Sequence record: PZ445422.1
Reading direction: 5' to 3' (one strand)
Length of the DNA stretch: 56,589 nt
From: a phage
Positions 38,199 to 47,304 of the stretch are shown here, in pieces. Within the stretch, counting starts at the first letter, position 1; every line of letters begins with the position of its first letter. The notes under the pieces are model-generated. The model worked only from the letters and a program-made list of their open reading frames with translations, searched no databases and was not told the origin of the DNA. The position numbers and the translations under genes were made by a program.

Positions 38199-38405
38199 AT
38201 GTCAAGACAACTAATCTTAGAGACAGCATTCTACCAGCTTAAAGCAGGTACTGCGGATGCTTGCTCTGCAATACAGAATGATGCGCCTACAGATGTTTTA
38301 AAGCAGCAGCTTATTGACGCTAAACATCGAGCGGACGAAGCATTTAATGAAGCGTGGCGTACTTTAGAATTAATTGATCAGTTTGGAGGACCATTCCAAA
38401 AATGA
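38199..38405 (+). CDS. hypothetical small protein
   Basis: ATG at 38199 with GGAGGAAAT RBS; 68 aa. Confidence 0.45.
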   Translation: MSRQLILETAFYQLKAGTADACSAIQNDAPTDVLKQQLIDAKHRADEAFNEAWRTLELIDQFGGPFQK

Positions 38406-39322
38406 ACGTATTTATGGCAGCAGTTTACACAAACGGATATATGCCTGGACAGCAGCGTTATGAGAAGCTGTCTGAGCATGAGAAAAATATCACGCGCAAT
38501 CTGCCCCATATTTTGGAATCATATCACTACGTTGGGCGTCAGAAGTATGTTGATCAAATGCGTGCGGACGGGGCTAAAGTGTTTCTCGACTCCGGTGCAT
38601 TCTCTGCGCACTCTTTAGGTGCTCACATTGATATTGTCGAATATTGCGAATACATCAAACGCAATAAAGATATCCTGCGGGTAGAAGATGGTGCGGTAAT
38701 GGCGTCGGTACTTGATGGTATCGGTGATCCGTTACAAACCTACCGTAACCAGCTTGAAATGGAAGCACGCGGTGCTAAACCGTTACCGTGCTTTCACTTT
38801 GGTGAGGACTTCCGCTATCTTGAATATTACATGAAGAACTACGAATATATCACCATCGGGGGCATGGTAGGGCGTTCGACAGACACGCTTAAAACATGGC
38901 TTGACCGTATGTGGGACAAATACATTTGCGATGGTAGCGGTTGCCCTAAGATTAAGCTTCATGCATTTGGTATTACGTCCACTACCATCATGGAACGTTA
39001 TCCGTGGTATAGCTGTGACTCGTCCTCCTGGATTCAAGCGGCAGCGTTTGGAAGTGTGGTTACTCCTCCGTGGGGACCAATGCGCGTATCAGATAAGTCA
39101 CCGGACCGCCATCATTTTGGTAAGCATGTTTCAACATTAACTGAAATTGAACAAGACGCTGTCCTTAAATACCTTGAGCAAAACGGTTTCACTTACGAAC
39201 GTTTATCAACAATCTATGAATCACGTGCCGCCTTCAACTTATGGGCGTATGGTGTAATTGCTGCAAACATTAACGCTACCCATGACGGCACATTCCGTGA
39301 TCGTGTAATGGAGTTGTTCTGA
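38402..39322 (+). CDS. dpdA: 7-deazaguanine DNA transglycosylase (TGT-like)
   Basis: 306 aa; VFLDSGAFSAHSLG resembles the TGT catalytic-Asp block (DSGGFQ); co-located with folE-queD-queC-queE; start overlaps upstream stop. Confidence 0.65.
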   Translation: MNVFMAAVYTNGYMPGQQRYEKLSEHEKNITRNLPHILESYHYVGRQKYVDQMRADGAKVFLDSGAFSAHSLGAHIDIVEYCEYIKRNKDILRVEDGAVMASVLDGIGDPLQTYRNQLEMEARGAKPLPCFHFGEDFRYLEYYMKNYEYITIGGMVGRSTDTLKTWLDRMWDKYICDGSGCPKIKLHAFGITSTTIMERYPWYSCDSSSWIQAAAFGSVVTPPWGPMRVSDKSPDRHHFGKHVSTLTEIEQDAVLKYLEQNGFTYERLSTIYESRAAFNLWAYGVIAANINATHDGTFRDRVMELF

Positions 39323-39549
39323 TGGCTAACTTAAGAAGACCAAAAGGTAAACGTAAATATACTCACACAGGCGTAAGAATTAATTATTACAGTGAAAACA
39401 GAGTAGTATTTCTCCACAAGACACCTAAGCAGTGGCAGGATCCGTCAGGCACATGGTTTAATGCGCAAGGAAAACAAATGGGACTTTATGGATTACCTCC
39501 AACATGTGAATTAGACTTAACCACAATTAGAGCAATCGAGGATCGCTAA
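39322..39549 (+). CDS. hypothetical small protein
   Basis: 75 aa; ATG overlaps dpdA stop. Confidence 0.45.
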   Translation: MANLRRPKGKRKYTHTGVRINYYSENRVVFLHKTPKQWQDPSGTWFNAQGKQMGLYGLPPTCELDLTTIRAIEDR

Positions 39550-39785
39550 TGACACCAGTGTGTGAAGAATATATTACTTCCCAATCTAAAGCTGGGGGTA
39601 AAGCGGTAGGTCGTGTTGCCATCGCTAAGTTAACAAACGCGGGCTATGTACCAAAAGTTACCCCACCACCCCCTGAGCCCTGGATATGGGAGAAAAACGA
39701 GGGTCGTATTATGGCCATTACATCGTATATGGGACCTTTTAGATTAAAGATTGAGTATCTTGTAGACTTAGATGGGGACTCCTAA
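39549..39785 (+). CDS. hypothetical small protein
   Basis: 78 aa; TAATG stop-start overlap on both sides. Confidence 0.45.
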   Translation: MTPVCEEYITSQSKAGGKAVGRVAIAKLTNAGYVPKVTPPPPEPWIWEKNEGRIMAITSYMGPFRLKIEYLVDLDGDS

Positions 39786-40738
39786 TGCTTGACGCTCTTA
39801 AATTTGTTCAAGGCTCTGTTGCTAAAAAGGAACTGGTAGAAGGGCTTACTAGCTTTCTTATTCGTGACGGGCAGGTACAAGGCTTTAACGGTGTTATTGC
39901 ACTGGGTAGTCCTATTGAGCTGGATATTGATTGCAAGCCCGAAGCTGGGCCTATGATTAAAGCTATCTCAAACTGTGACGAAACCGTACAGTTAACAATG
40001 ATGGCTAACGGTAAACTTAATATCAAGTCCGGACCGTTTCGTGTTGCTATACGCTGCATTGATAAAGAAACGCTGCACGTATTCCCTGAAGGCGATTTGT
40101 ACGAAATAGATGGTGCTCGCTTCGTTCATGGTGTGAAGTCCGTTGCTCCGTTTGTAGGCTCGGATGCGTCCCGTCCGTGGGCTTGCGGGATCCTGATTAA
40201 TAACGGTAGTCTATTTGCTACAAATAACGTCACCATTGCGGAATACTGGTTTGGTAATCAGTTTCCTATTGATTGCATAATACCTTCCGTTGCAATTAAA
40301 GAAATACTGCGTATTAAAGCTAACCCGACGCATATTCAGGTTAGCAAGAACAATGTCACGTTTCATTATCCGGAAGGTCGCTGGTTGCGCACACAGCTTA
40401 TTGATGCGGAGTGGCCCGATATACGTCGTATTTTAAATGTTCAATGCAATGCGCATCCTGTTGATCCAGGTCTTTTTGAAGGCTTGCATAAAATTAAACC
40501 GTTCGCAGAAGACCGACCGCGTGTATATATTGAAAACGGTCTGGCGCGTACCCATTACGACGATGCAGAAGGTGCAAGCTTCGTATTACAAGACCGAACA
40601 ATAACGGGAGTGTACAATATTGATATCCTGCTATTGCTTGAAAATGTGGTTAAGACTGCGGACTTTAGTTTGTATCCGCAACCTTGCGCATTCTTTGGGG
40701 AAAATCTTCGCGGTGTATTAATTGGAGAACGTGTCTAA
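39785..40738 (+). CDS. DNA polymerase sliding clamp (DnaN-like)
   Basis: 317 aa; HYPEGRWLRTQLIDAEWPDIRRIL parallels the DnaN domain II-III junction (..FTSKLVDGRFPDYRRVL); directly upstream of polymerase. Confidence 0.5.
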   Translation: MLDALKFVQGSVAKKELVEGLTSFLIRDGQVQGFNGVIALGSPIELDIDCKPEAGPMIKAISNCDETVQLTMMANGKLNIKSGPFRVAIRCIDKETLHVFPEGDLYEIDGARFVHGVKSVAPFVGSDASRPWACGILINNGSLFATNNVTIAEYWFGNQFPIDCIIPSVAIKEILRIKANPTHIQVSKNNVTFHYPEGRWLRTQLIDAEWPDIRRILNVQCNAHPVDPGLFEGLHKIKPFAEDRPRVYIENGLARTHYDDAEGASFVLQDRTITGVYNIDILLLLENVVKTADFSLYPQPCAFFGENLRGVLIGERV

Positions 40739-42723
40739 TGCGGACAGATGCTATTGGTTTCTTTTGGCAGGACTTACCGCCTGAGCCAAAAGCAAAGAAA
40801 GAAAAGGTTAAACGTTTACCGCCGGAGCGCACTTGGGAGCGCCCGGATTATCTGCCTAACCTTGAAGAAGCGCGGAACTTCCAATACAACCTGTATACGC
40901 AGGACGAACTTATTCAAGCATGGATTAACCGCGAACCGCTTGTATACGATATTGAATGTTATCCAAACTATTTCTTAATCGCGTTTCGCGGAGTACGGAC
41001 TAAGAAAGTTGTCTACTTCGAAATGTATCACGGTTGTAGTTTGAATTGCTTGTTACTTAACTGGATAATGACAAACTTCCTTATCGTAAGCTTTAACGGT
41101 AACGGGTACGATATGCCAATTGCTACGCTTGCGCTTAACGGCTGCTCTAATGCTCAGCTTAAAGATGCAACCGATAAGATAATCGTGGAAGACTGGCGTC
41201 CTTCCGATGTGTTGAAGAGTTACCGCCTTAAGCGTATGCAGAACGTTAACCACATTGATATTATGGAAGTTCTGCCTGGATCTGGTGGTTTGAAACAATA
41301 TGGCGGACGTGTACATACTCGCCGTATGCAGGATTTACCGTTCAAGCCAAATACAATGTTGACGCAGGACCAGATGTTAATTGTACGCTGGTACTGTATT
41401 AACGACCTTGTACAGACGGAAGAATGTTTTATTGCATTGCAAGAGCCTTTGCACCTTCGTGAAATTATGTCGCAAGAATACGGTGTGGATCTGCGTTCAC
41501 GTTCTGATGCGCAGATTGCAGAAGACGTAATTAAACACGAAATTCAAGCGTTAACGGGCGTGCGTCCGCAGCGTCCACAAGTTTATCCTGGAACTAAGTA
41601 TGCATATAACATACCGGACTTTATTCGTTTTCAAACACCTCTGATGAACAGTGTTTTGGATATTGTTCGGGACTGCCGTTTTGTTGTTAGCGATAACGGT
41701 GGTGTTAGCTTACCTCCAGCGTTAACAGGCCTTGAAATCAAGATTGCGGACGGTGTCTACCGTATGGGCATTGGTGGTTTGCACAGCTCTGAAGAATGTG
41801 CTGGACATGGTAAAGAGCCAGGTATTAAAAAGCGGGACATTGACGTAACGTCCTATTACCCTTCTATTATTCTTAATCAGGGCTTGTATCCTGAGCAGTT
41901 GGGACCAGCGTTTCTTCGTGTTTATAAAAGCATTGTAGACCGACGTATTGCAGCTAAGCACTCAGGGGACAAGAACACAGCCAATACGCTGAAGATCGTA
42001 ATTAACGGATCGTTTGGTAAATTGGGTTCAATGTGGTCCGTACTGTACGCTCCGCAATTGTTGATACAGGTAACTATCACAGGGCAACTATCACTGTTAA
42101 TGCTTATTGAAGCATTTGAGCTGAACGGTGTTAAAGTAATTTCAGCTAACACGGATGGTATTGTGGTTAAGTATCCTGACCACATGCAGGACTTCGTTGA
42201 TAACATGATCAAGTGGTGGGAATCCGTCACAGGTTTTGAAATGGAATCCACTTATTATGACAAGCTATATAGCGCGAACGTTAACAACTATGTAGCTGTC
42301 AAAGAACCTGATGCAGAAGGTAACGTTGAAGTTAAGCGTAAGGGCTGGTTTGCCAAGACAGGGCTTCAAAAGAACTGTACTGGTGAAATTATTATGGAAG
42401 CTGTATGTGAATGTTTGGCCCACGGTACGCCTGTTTCTCGTACTATACGCAATTGCAACGATATTAGAAAATTCATTATCCTACGTGCAGTAAAAGGCGG
42501 CGCGGTATGGAATGGCGAATTTTTGGGTAAGGTTGTACGCTGGTATTTAAGCACCAATGAAGAAACCCCTGAAATAATCTATGCTAACTCGGGCAACCGT
42601 GTAGCTGGTAGCGCGGGAGGTGTCCCAATCATGACGCTACCGGATAAAATACCGGACGACATAGATTATGATGCTTATATAGCTAAAGCAGAGAAGTATC
42701 TCGAAGACATGGGTTATGCCTAA
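40738..42723 (+). CDS. family B DNA polymerase with 3'-5' exonuclease domain
   Basis: Exo I-like YDIECYPNYF; family B motif A DVTSYYPSIIL; motif C-like variant ISANTDGIVV; ATG at 40738 overlaps clamp stop. Confidence 0.75.
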   Translation: MRTDAIGFFWQDLPPEPKAKKEKVKRLPPERTWERPDYLPNLEEARNFQYNLYTQDELIQAWINREPLVYDIECYPNYFLIAFRGVRTKKVVYFEMYHGCSLNCLLLNWIMTNFLIVSFNGNGYDMPIATLALNGCSNAQLKDATDKIIVEDWRPSDVLKSYRLKRMQNVNHIDIMEVLPGSGGLKQYGGRVHTRRMQDLPFKPNTMLTQDQMLIVRWYCINDLVQTEECFIALQEPLHLREIMSQEYGVDLRSRSDAQIAEDVIKHEIQALTGVRPQRPQVYPGTKYAYNIPDFIRFQTPLMNSVLDIVRDCRFVVSDNGGVSLPPALTGLEIKIADGVYRMGIGGLHSSEECAGHGKEPGIKKRDIDVTSYYPSIILNQGLYPEQLGPAFLRVYKSIVDRRIAAKHSGDKNTANTLKIVINGSFGKLGSMWSVLYAPQLLIQVTITGQLSLLMLIEAFELNGVKVISANTDGIVVKYPDHMQDFVDNMIKWWESVTGFEMESTYYDKLYSANVNNYVAVKEPDAEGNVEVKRKGWFAKTGLQKNCTGEIIMEAVCECLAHGTPVSRTIRNCNDIRKFIILRAVKGGAVWNGEFLGKVVRWYLSTNEETPEIIYANSGNRVAGSAGGVPIMTLPDKIPDDIDYDAYIAKAEKYLEDMGYA

Positions 42724-42733
42724 ATTCTACTTG

Positions 42734-42758
42734 CAGACCCTTCGCGGGTCTGTTTTAA
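42734..42758 (+). terminator. intrinsic terminator
   Basis: cagaccc-ttcgc-gggtctg stem followed by TTTTAATA. Confidence 0.55.
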
Positions 42759-42787
42759 TATATGCATACAACAAGAGGAGATGCAAA

Positions 42788-43072
42788 ATGAGCTTAGTAG
42801 ACGATTACAACAAAGGTAAAATCGACGCGGTGGAACTTAACCGTCAGCTTAATAAACAAAATGAAGAACGCAAACAAGGTAAATACCTTACAATGATTGT
42901 TGCGCTTATCTTCACTGTTATTGGTGGATGTGTTTACGGCTACATTAACCACACTGTTGAAGTTGGCTACGAATGTCGCGCTAAATATCCAATTCACGTT
43001 GGTGTAACTCCACAGGAAGACATTGATGCGCTTCTGGAACTTCAAGCCTTATGTCGTAAAGGGAAAGCATAA
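42788..43072 (+). CDS. small membrane protein
   Basis: ATG at 42788 with AGAGGAG RBS; central TM segment LTMIVALIFTVIGGCVYGYI. Confidence 0.45.
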   Translation: MSLVDDYNKGKIDAVELNRQLNKQNEERKQGKYLTMIVALIFTVIGGCVYGYINHTVEVGYECRAKYPIHVGVTPQEDIDALLELQALCRKGKA

Positions 43073-43365
43073 TGAAACGTTTATTACTCGTAACTTTGCT
43101 GATAGCGCCTGGTGTCCAAGGTGTGGATTTAAAAGATGCAGCAAAGAAACTATGCCAAGACCATCCTATTAAGTTACAATGTGAAGACCTTGTATCCAGC
43201 ATGTTAACTCATTCTTACGTGATGGGACAAACGCAGCTTGGATGTGAGTTAGGTATTATTGATGCGTGCAAAGCAGCGCGTACCAATAAACATTTTGAAA
43301 AGAACGCACGTTGGCTGGAGCAGCGCATTAGAACCCTTGATCATAGGGGTACTTTTGGGGGCTAG
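43072..43365 (+). CDS. secreted Cys-containing small protein
   Basis: N-terminal signal-like MKRLLLVTLLIAPGVQG; six Cys in mature part. Confidence 0.45.
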   Translation: MKRLLLVTLLIAPGVQGVDLKDAAKKLCQDHPIKLQCEDLVSSMLTHSYVMGQTQLGCELGIIDACKAARTNKHFEKNARWLEQRIRTLDHRGTFGG

Positions 43366-43397
43366 CCGCGTGTAAAACCTTAAAGGGGTATATTAGC

Positions 43398-43604
43398 ATG
43401 GCTGGTAAAGAAAAGAGCGTAGCAAGCGATTTAGGTGTGGATGTAGTAAGTCGCGAACCGTGGCAACATGGTGACAAACCAGTAGTTTACATTCACGTCT
43501 ATTACTGGAATAATATGACCGCTGAGCAACAAGAAGCGTTAAAGGTTTTAGCCGACGTTATTGTTGTTCCAGATGAGCCAACTCCGGAATCACCGGAAGT
43601 GTAA
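43398..43604 (+). CDS. hypothetical small acidic protein
   Basis: 68 aa; followed by terminator. Confidence 0.45.
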   Translation: MAGKEKSVASDLGVDVVSREPWQHGDKPVVYIHVYYWNNMTAEQQEALKVLADVIVVPDEPTPESPEV

Positions 43605-43613
43605 TAAAATAAT

Positions 43614-43637
43614 ACCCGCGTTCGCGCGGGTATTTTA
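43614..43637 (+). terminator. intrinsic terminator
   Basis: acccgcg-ttcg-cgcgggt stem followed by ATTTT. Confidence 0.6.
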
Positions 43638-43647
43638 AGGAGTGAAT

Positions 43648-43833
43648 ATGGCTAGAGCAGCAAAAGGTTACAGACAGACTTTTAAGCTAATTGGTGGACC
43701 GTGGGATGGGCAAAAAGTACAACTATATAGCGCGGGAACTTTAGAATTTTCCGTTAAAAGTTTTGATCCACGCCCTGGGCGTTATGTACCATCAAGCTAT
43801 CGTAATACTTTAGAATGGGAGTTTACTAAATGA
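43648..43833 (+). CDS. hypothetical small protein
   Basis: ATG at 43648 with AAGGAG RBS. Confidence 0.45.
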   Translation: MARAAKGYRQTFKLIGGPWDGQKVQLYSAGTLEFSVKSFDPRPGRYVPSSYRNTLEWEFTK

Positions 43834-44036
43834 ATGAATATGTAGTTATTTATTTCATTATTGGTGCTGTGATTGCAACAATGACTTATTTCTTTTGTTG
43901 GAATAACTATGATTATGCACTAGCCTATAAGAAACGTTGGGAGAAGATTGTAAGTCTTCTATGTATACTCGCTTGCTGGCCAGTCACTATTATTGCGACT
44001 ACTTATGATCAATACATGTACAGGAGAAGACGTTGA
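43830..44036 (+). CDS. small membrane protein
   Basis: 68 aa, two hydrophobic segments. Confidence 0.45.
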   Translation: MNEYVVIYFIIGAVIATMTYFFCWNNYDYALAYKKRWEKIVSLLCILACWPVTIIATTYDQYMYRRRR

Positions 44037-44314
44037 TGGAATACTTGCTAGTAATTGTTGCGCTGTTTCTTATTATTGTGGTTATAATGACTGGAGACAG
44101 TAACGAGAAAGGTTTCACAGCAATGAGCAGGGCGTTATTACGCGCCCTTGCTGTTGCACTGCTTGGGACAAGTTTTGCTATGGCGTTTGGGATTGTGGAG
44201 ATCCCTAGCACCTATTACGGTTTTGTTAAAGTTCAACACCAACTTACTTATGCTACCGTCGTCGGATTGGGTGCTGTAACACTTGCAATCCTGTCAGCTT
44301 TTCATAAGCGTTAA
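44033..44314 (+). CDS. small membrane protein
   Basis: 93 aa, three hydrophobic segments; last plus-strand gene. Confidence 0.45.
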   Translation: MMEYLLVIVALFLIIVVIMTGDSNEKGFTAMSRALLRALAVALLGTSFAMAFGIVEIPSTYYGFVKVQHQLTYATVVGLGAVTLAILSAFHKR

Positions 44315-44315
44315 A

Positions 44316-44340
44316 GAAAGGGGCGTTTGCCCCTTTTCTC
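44316..44340. terminator. bidirectional intrinsic terminator between convergent modules
   Basis: aaggggc-gttt-gcccctt stem with A tract before and T tract after. Confidence 0.6.
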
Positions 44341-44343
44341 TTC

Positions 44344-44547
44344 TTAGAATATACGAAAGAAAGCACCGTATGGGTATACGCCAAAAGTATTGAAAACAGA
44401 CGGTGCAAAAGCATTTACAAACACAGGAGTTGGCGCTACTGGTTGAAAAGTTTTGCAATTGCACGCTGCTTGAGCCAATTGCCCCTGAAGTATACCTGCT
44501 TGTGTTGCAGGACTGCCTAGACAGCAACGGTTAGTATTACCACACAT
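44344..44547 (-). CDS. small Cys-rich hypothetical protein
   Basis: 67 aa; AAGGAGG RBS before ATG at 44547. Confidence 0.45.
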   Translation of the reverse strand: MCGNTNRCCLGSPATQAGILQGQLAQAACNCKTFQPVAPTPVFVNAFAPSVFNTFGVYPYGAFFRIF

Positions 44548-44558
44548 AGTAGACCTCC

Positions 44559-44843
44559 TTAAAGGTCGCTTTCGTTATCCTGCTTGGAACTGGGCTTTTC
44601 GGCTTCAATCATCCCAAGTACCGCAATAACTTTAACAGCAATACGTTGAGCTAGACTGATTTGCTGCTGGGTTAATTTTCCGGTCGACATCACAGTCATT
44701 AACCCGCTTAAGTTTCCAAGTGACTTGAAATCGCTGAATGCGGATTTCATAATAGTAAGTTGATCATGACCTTCATCTGCTATAACATGAGCACGAATAG
44801 AAAGTCCTTCAACAACTTTATCAATACCTTCATTCTTCGTCAT
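44559..44843 (-). CDS. hypothetical protein
   Basis: 94 aa, co-oriented downstream of tail fiber. Confidence 0.45.
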   Translation of the reverse strand: MTKNEGIDKVVEGLSIRAHVIADEGHDQLTIMKSAFSDFKSLGNLSGLMTVMSTGKLTQQQISLAQRIAVKVIAVLGMIEAEKPSSKQDNESDL

Positions 44844-45360
44844 TTGGTTTTACCTTCTGCTCCGGTTTCTGAGGGATCGTTTGAGCGGTCTTTGGTTGCA
44901 GCACTTCCTGATCAATCATGGGTGGCCACGGGCTAATATGCTCGCGTGCTTCTACAGGCTGCTCTGGTTGCATACCAAGAAACTTACTAATAAAATCCCC
45001 TGCGAAGTCTGTGCCATCGCTGACGTAAACATGCATACGATCAAGATCTGATTGACTAATGGAGTTTGGAGCAATTGTAATCTTGAACTGGTGGAAGCCG
45101 ACATACATCACATTCACGGGTCGTTCGATAGTGCCCGGCGTAGGCGGTATCACTCCCATAATCCAACAGTAATGAACCCTTCCATCACCCATAGGTTCAC
45201 ATCCAGCATTAAGCCAGCTCACCTTCTGGTGTGGGAACATGGTAGTTGAATCGGTAGCGTCCCGACGTAACGTCCAATCAACACCGCCCATGTTGATGGA
45301 GTTTTTCGGTTTCATCCCGTTGAACTGGGTTACGCCCATTCCTGCGTTTACGTTTTGCAT
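44830..45360 (-). CDS. hypothetical protein
   Basis: 176 aa; AGGAAG RBS. Confidence 0.45.
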   Translation of the reverse strand: MQNVNAGMGVTQFNGMKPKNSINMGGVDWTLRRDATDSTTMFPHQKVSWLNAGCEPMGDGRVHYCWIMGVIPPTPGTIERPVNVMYVGFHQFKITIAPNSISQSDLDRMHVYVSDGTDFAGDFISKFLGMQPEQPVEAREHISPWPPMIDQEVLQPKTAQTIPQKPEQKVKPNDEE

Positions 45361-45375
45361 GTCGGCTTCCTATTC

Positions 45376-45744
45376 TTACATATCTTTCATTTTTTGAAGA
45401 GCGCAAGTACAAGCTGCGGCAAGATCAGTCAACTCTTTCATGATCCCTGCGCGGTCACCTTCTTTCTTACACTCCATTAATTCGCGGTATTCCATTTCAA
45501 CAATGGACATCATACCGCCGGGCTTGTCGTGGTACGCCGCCCACGTATGCGGAGGTTCTTCCATCCGGTCAAGAACATTTGACATAGCTGCCATATGTTC
45601 ATGATCTCGAGCATAAGAGTGAGCATGTTTATATTCCTCTTTCTCATGTTCATGGTTGTGCTCACCTACGCTAATGCGAGGTAAAGCAACCTTAGGCAAT
45701 TTAACCCGTGGCATTCCCATCGTTGCGATTTTAATGTGGCTCAT
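45376..45744 (-). CDS. His-rich hypothetical protein (weak MazG-like helical pattern)
   Basis: EHNHEHEKEEYKHAHSYARDHEH His-rich stretch; EMEYRELMECKKEGD...KELTDL loosely resembles MazG EExxE/D; AGAGGT RBS. Confidence 0.35.
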   Translation of the reverse strand: MSHIKIATMGMPRVKLPKVALPRISVGEHNHEHEKEEYKHAHSYARDHEHMAAMSNVLDRMEEPPHTWAAYHDKPGGMMSIVEMEYRELMECKKEGDRAGIMKELTDLAAACTCALQKMKDM

Positions 45745-45792
45745 GATATTACCTCTGTTAAAAGCGCCCCAAGCGGAGGAGCGAAAGGCGCT

Positions 45793-46966
<1,174 letters not shown>

Positions 46967-47036
46967 ATTTATTTGACTTACTCAACACAACAAGTATATT
47001 AAAATTGAACCTTGACAACAACACAAAGGAGTCCCG

Positions 47037-47270
47037 ATGAAATACGCTCTAATTATGCTGGCATTATGTTTATCCCTCACTGCATGTGGTAATGGTTTAA
47101 ATACTGGTAAACCTAATTCCGGCGTCATTCCAAAACCTTTGGATCGCGATGGTAACGGTTCTTTAATTTATGATACCGAAAAGCTTCCAATGACTGGGCA
47201 ATGGTGCCATGAAATTGATCACGAATACCGACGAATTGGCTCACCTTCAAACTGTGTGATTGATTATTGA
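47037..47270 (+). CDS. lipoprotein (candidate superinfection-exclusion factor)
   Basis: signal peptide with lipobox LSLTACG; 77 aa; opposite strand between tail fibre genes; followed by bidirectional terminator. Confidence 0.5.
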   Translation: MKYALIMLALCLSLTACGNGLNTGKPNSGVIPKPLDRDGNGSLIYDTEKLPMTGQWCHEIDHEYRRIGSPSNCVIDY

Positions 47271-47273
47271 AAA

Positions 47274-47300
47274 TTAACCCCTCAAACGAGGGGTTAATTA
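47274..47300. terminator. bidirectional intrinsic terminator
   Basis: ttaacccctc-aaac-gaggggttaa stem flanked by A/T tracts. Confidence 0.6.
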
Positions 47301-47304
47301 TTTA

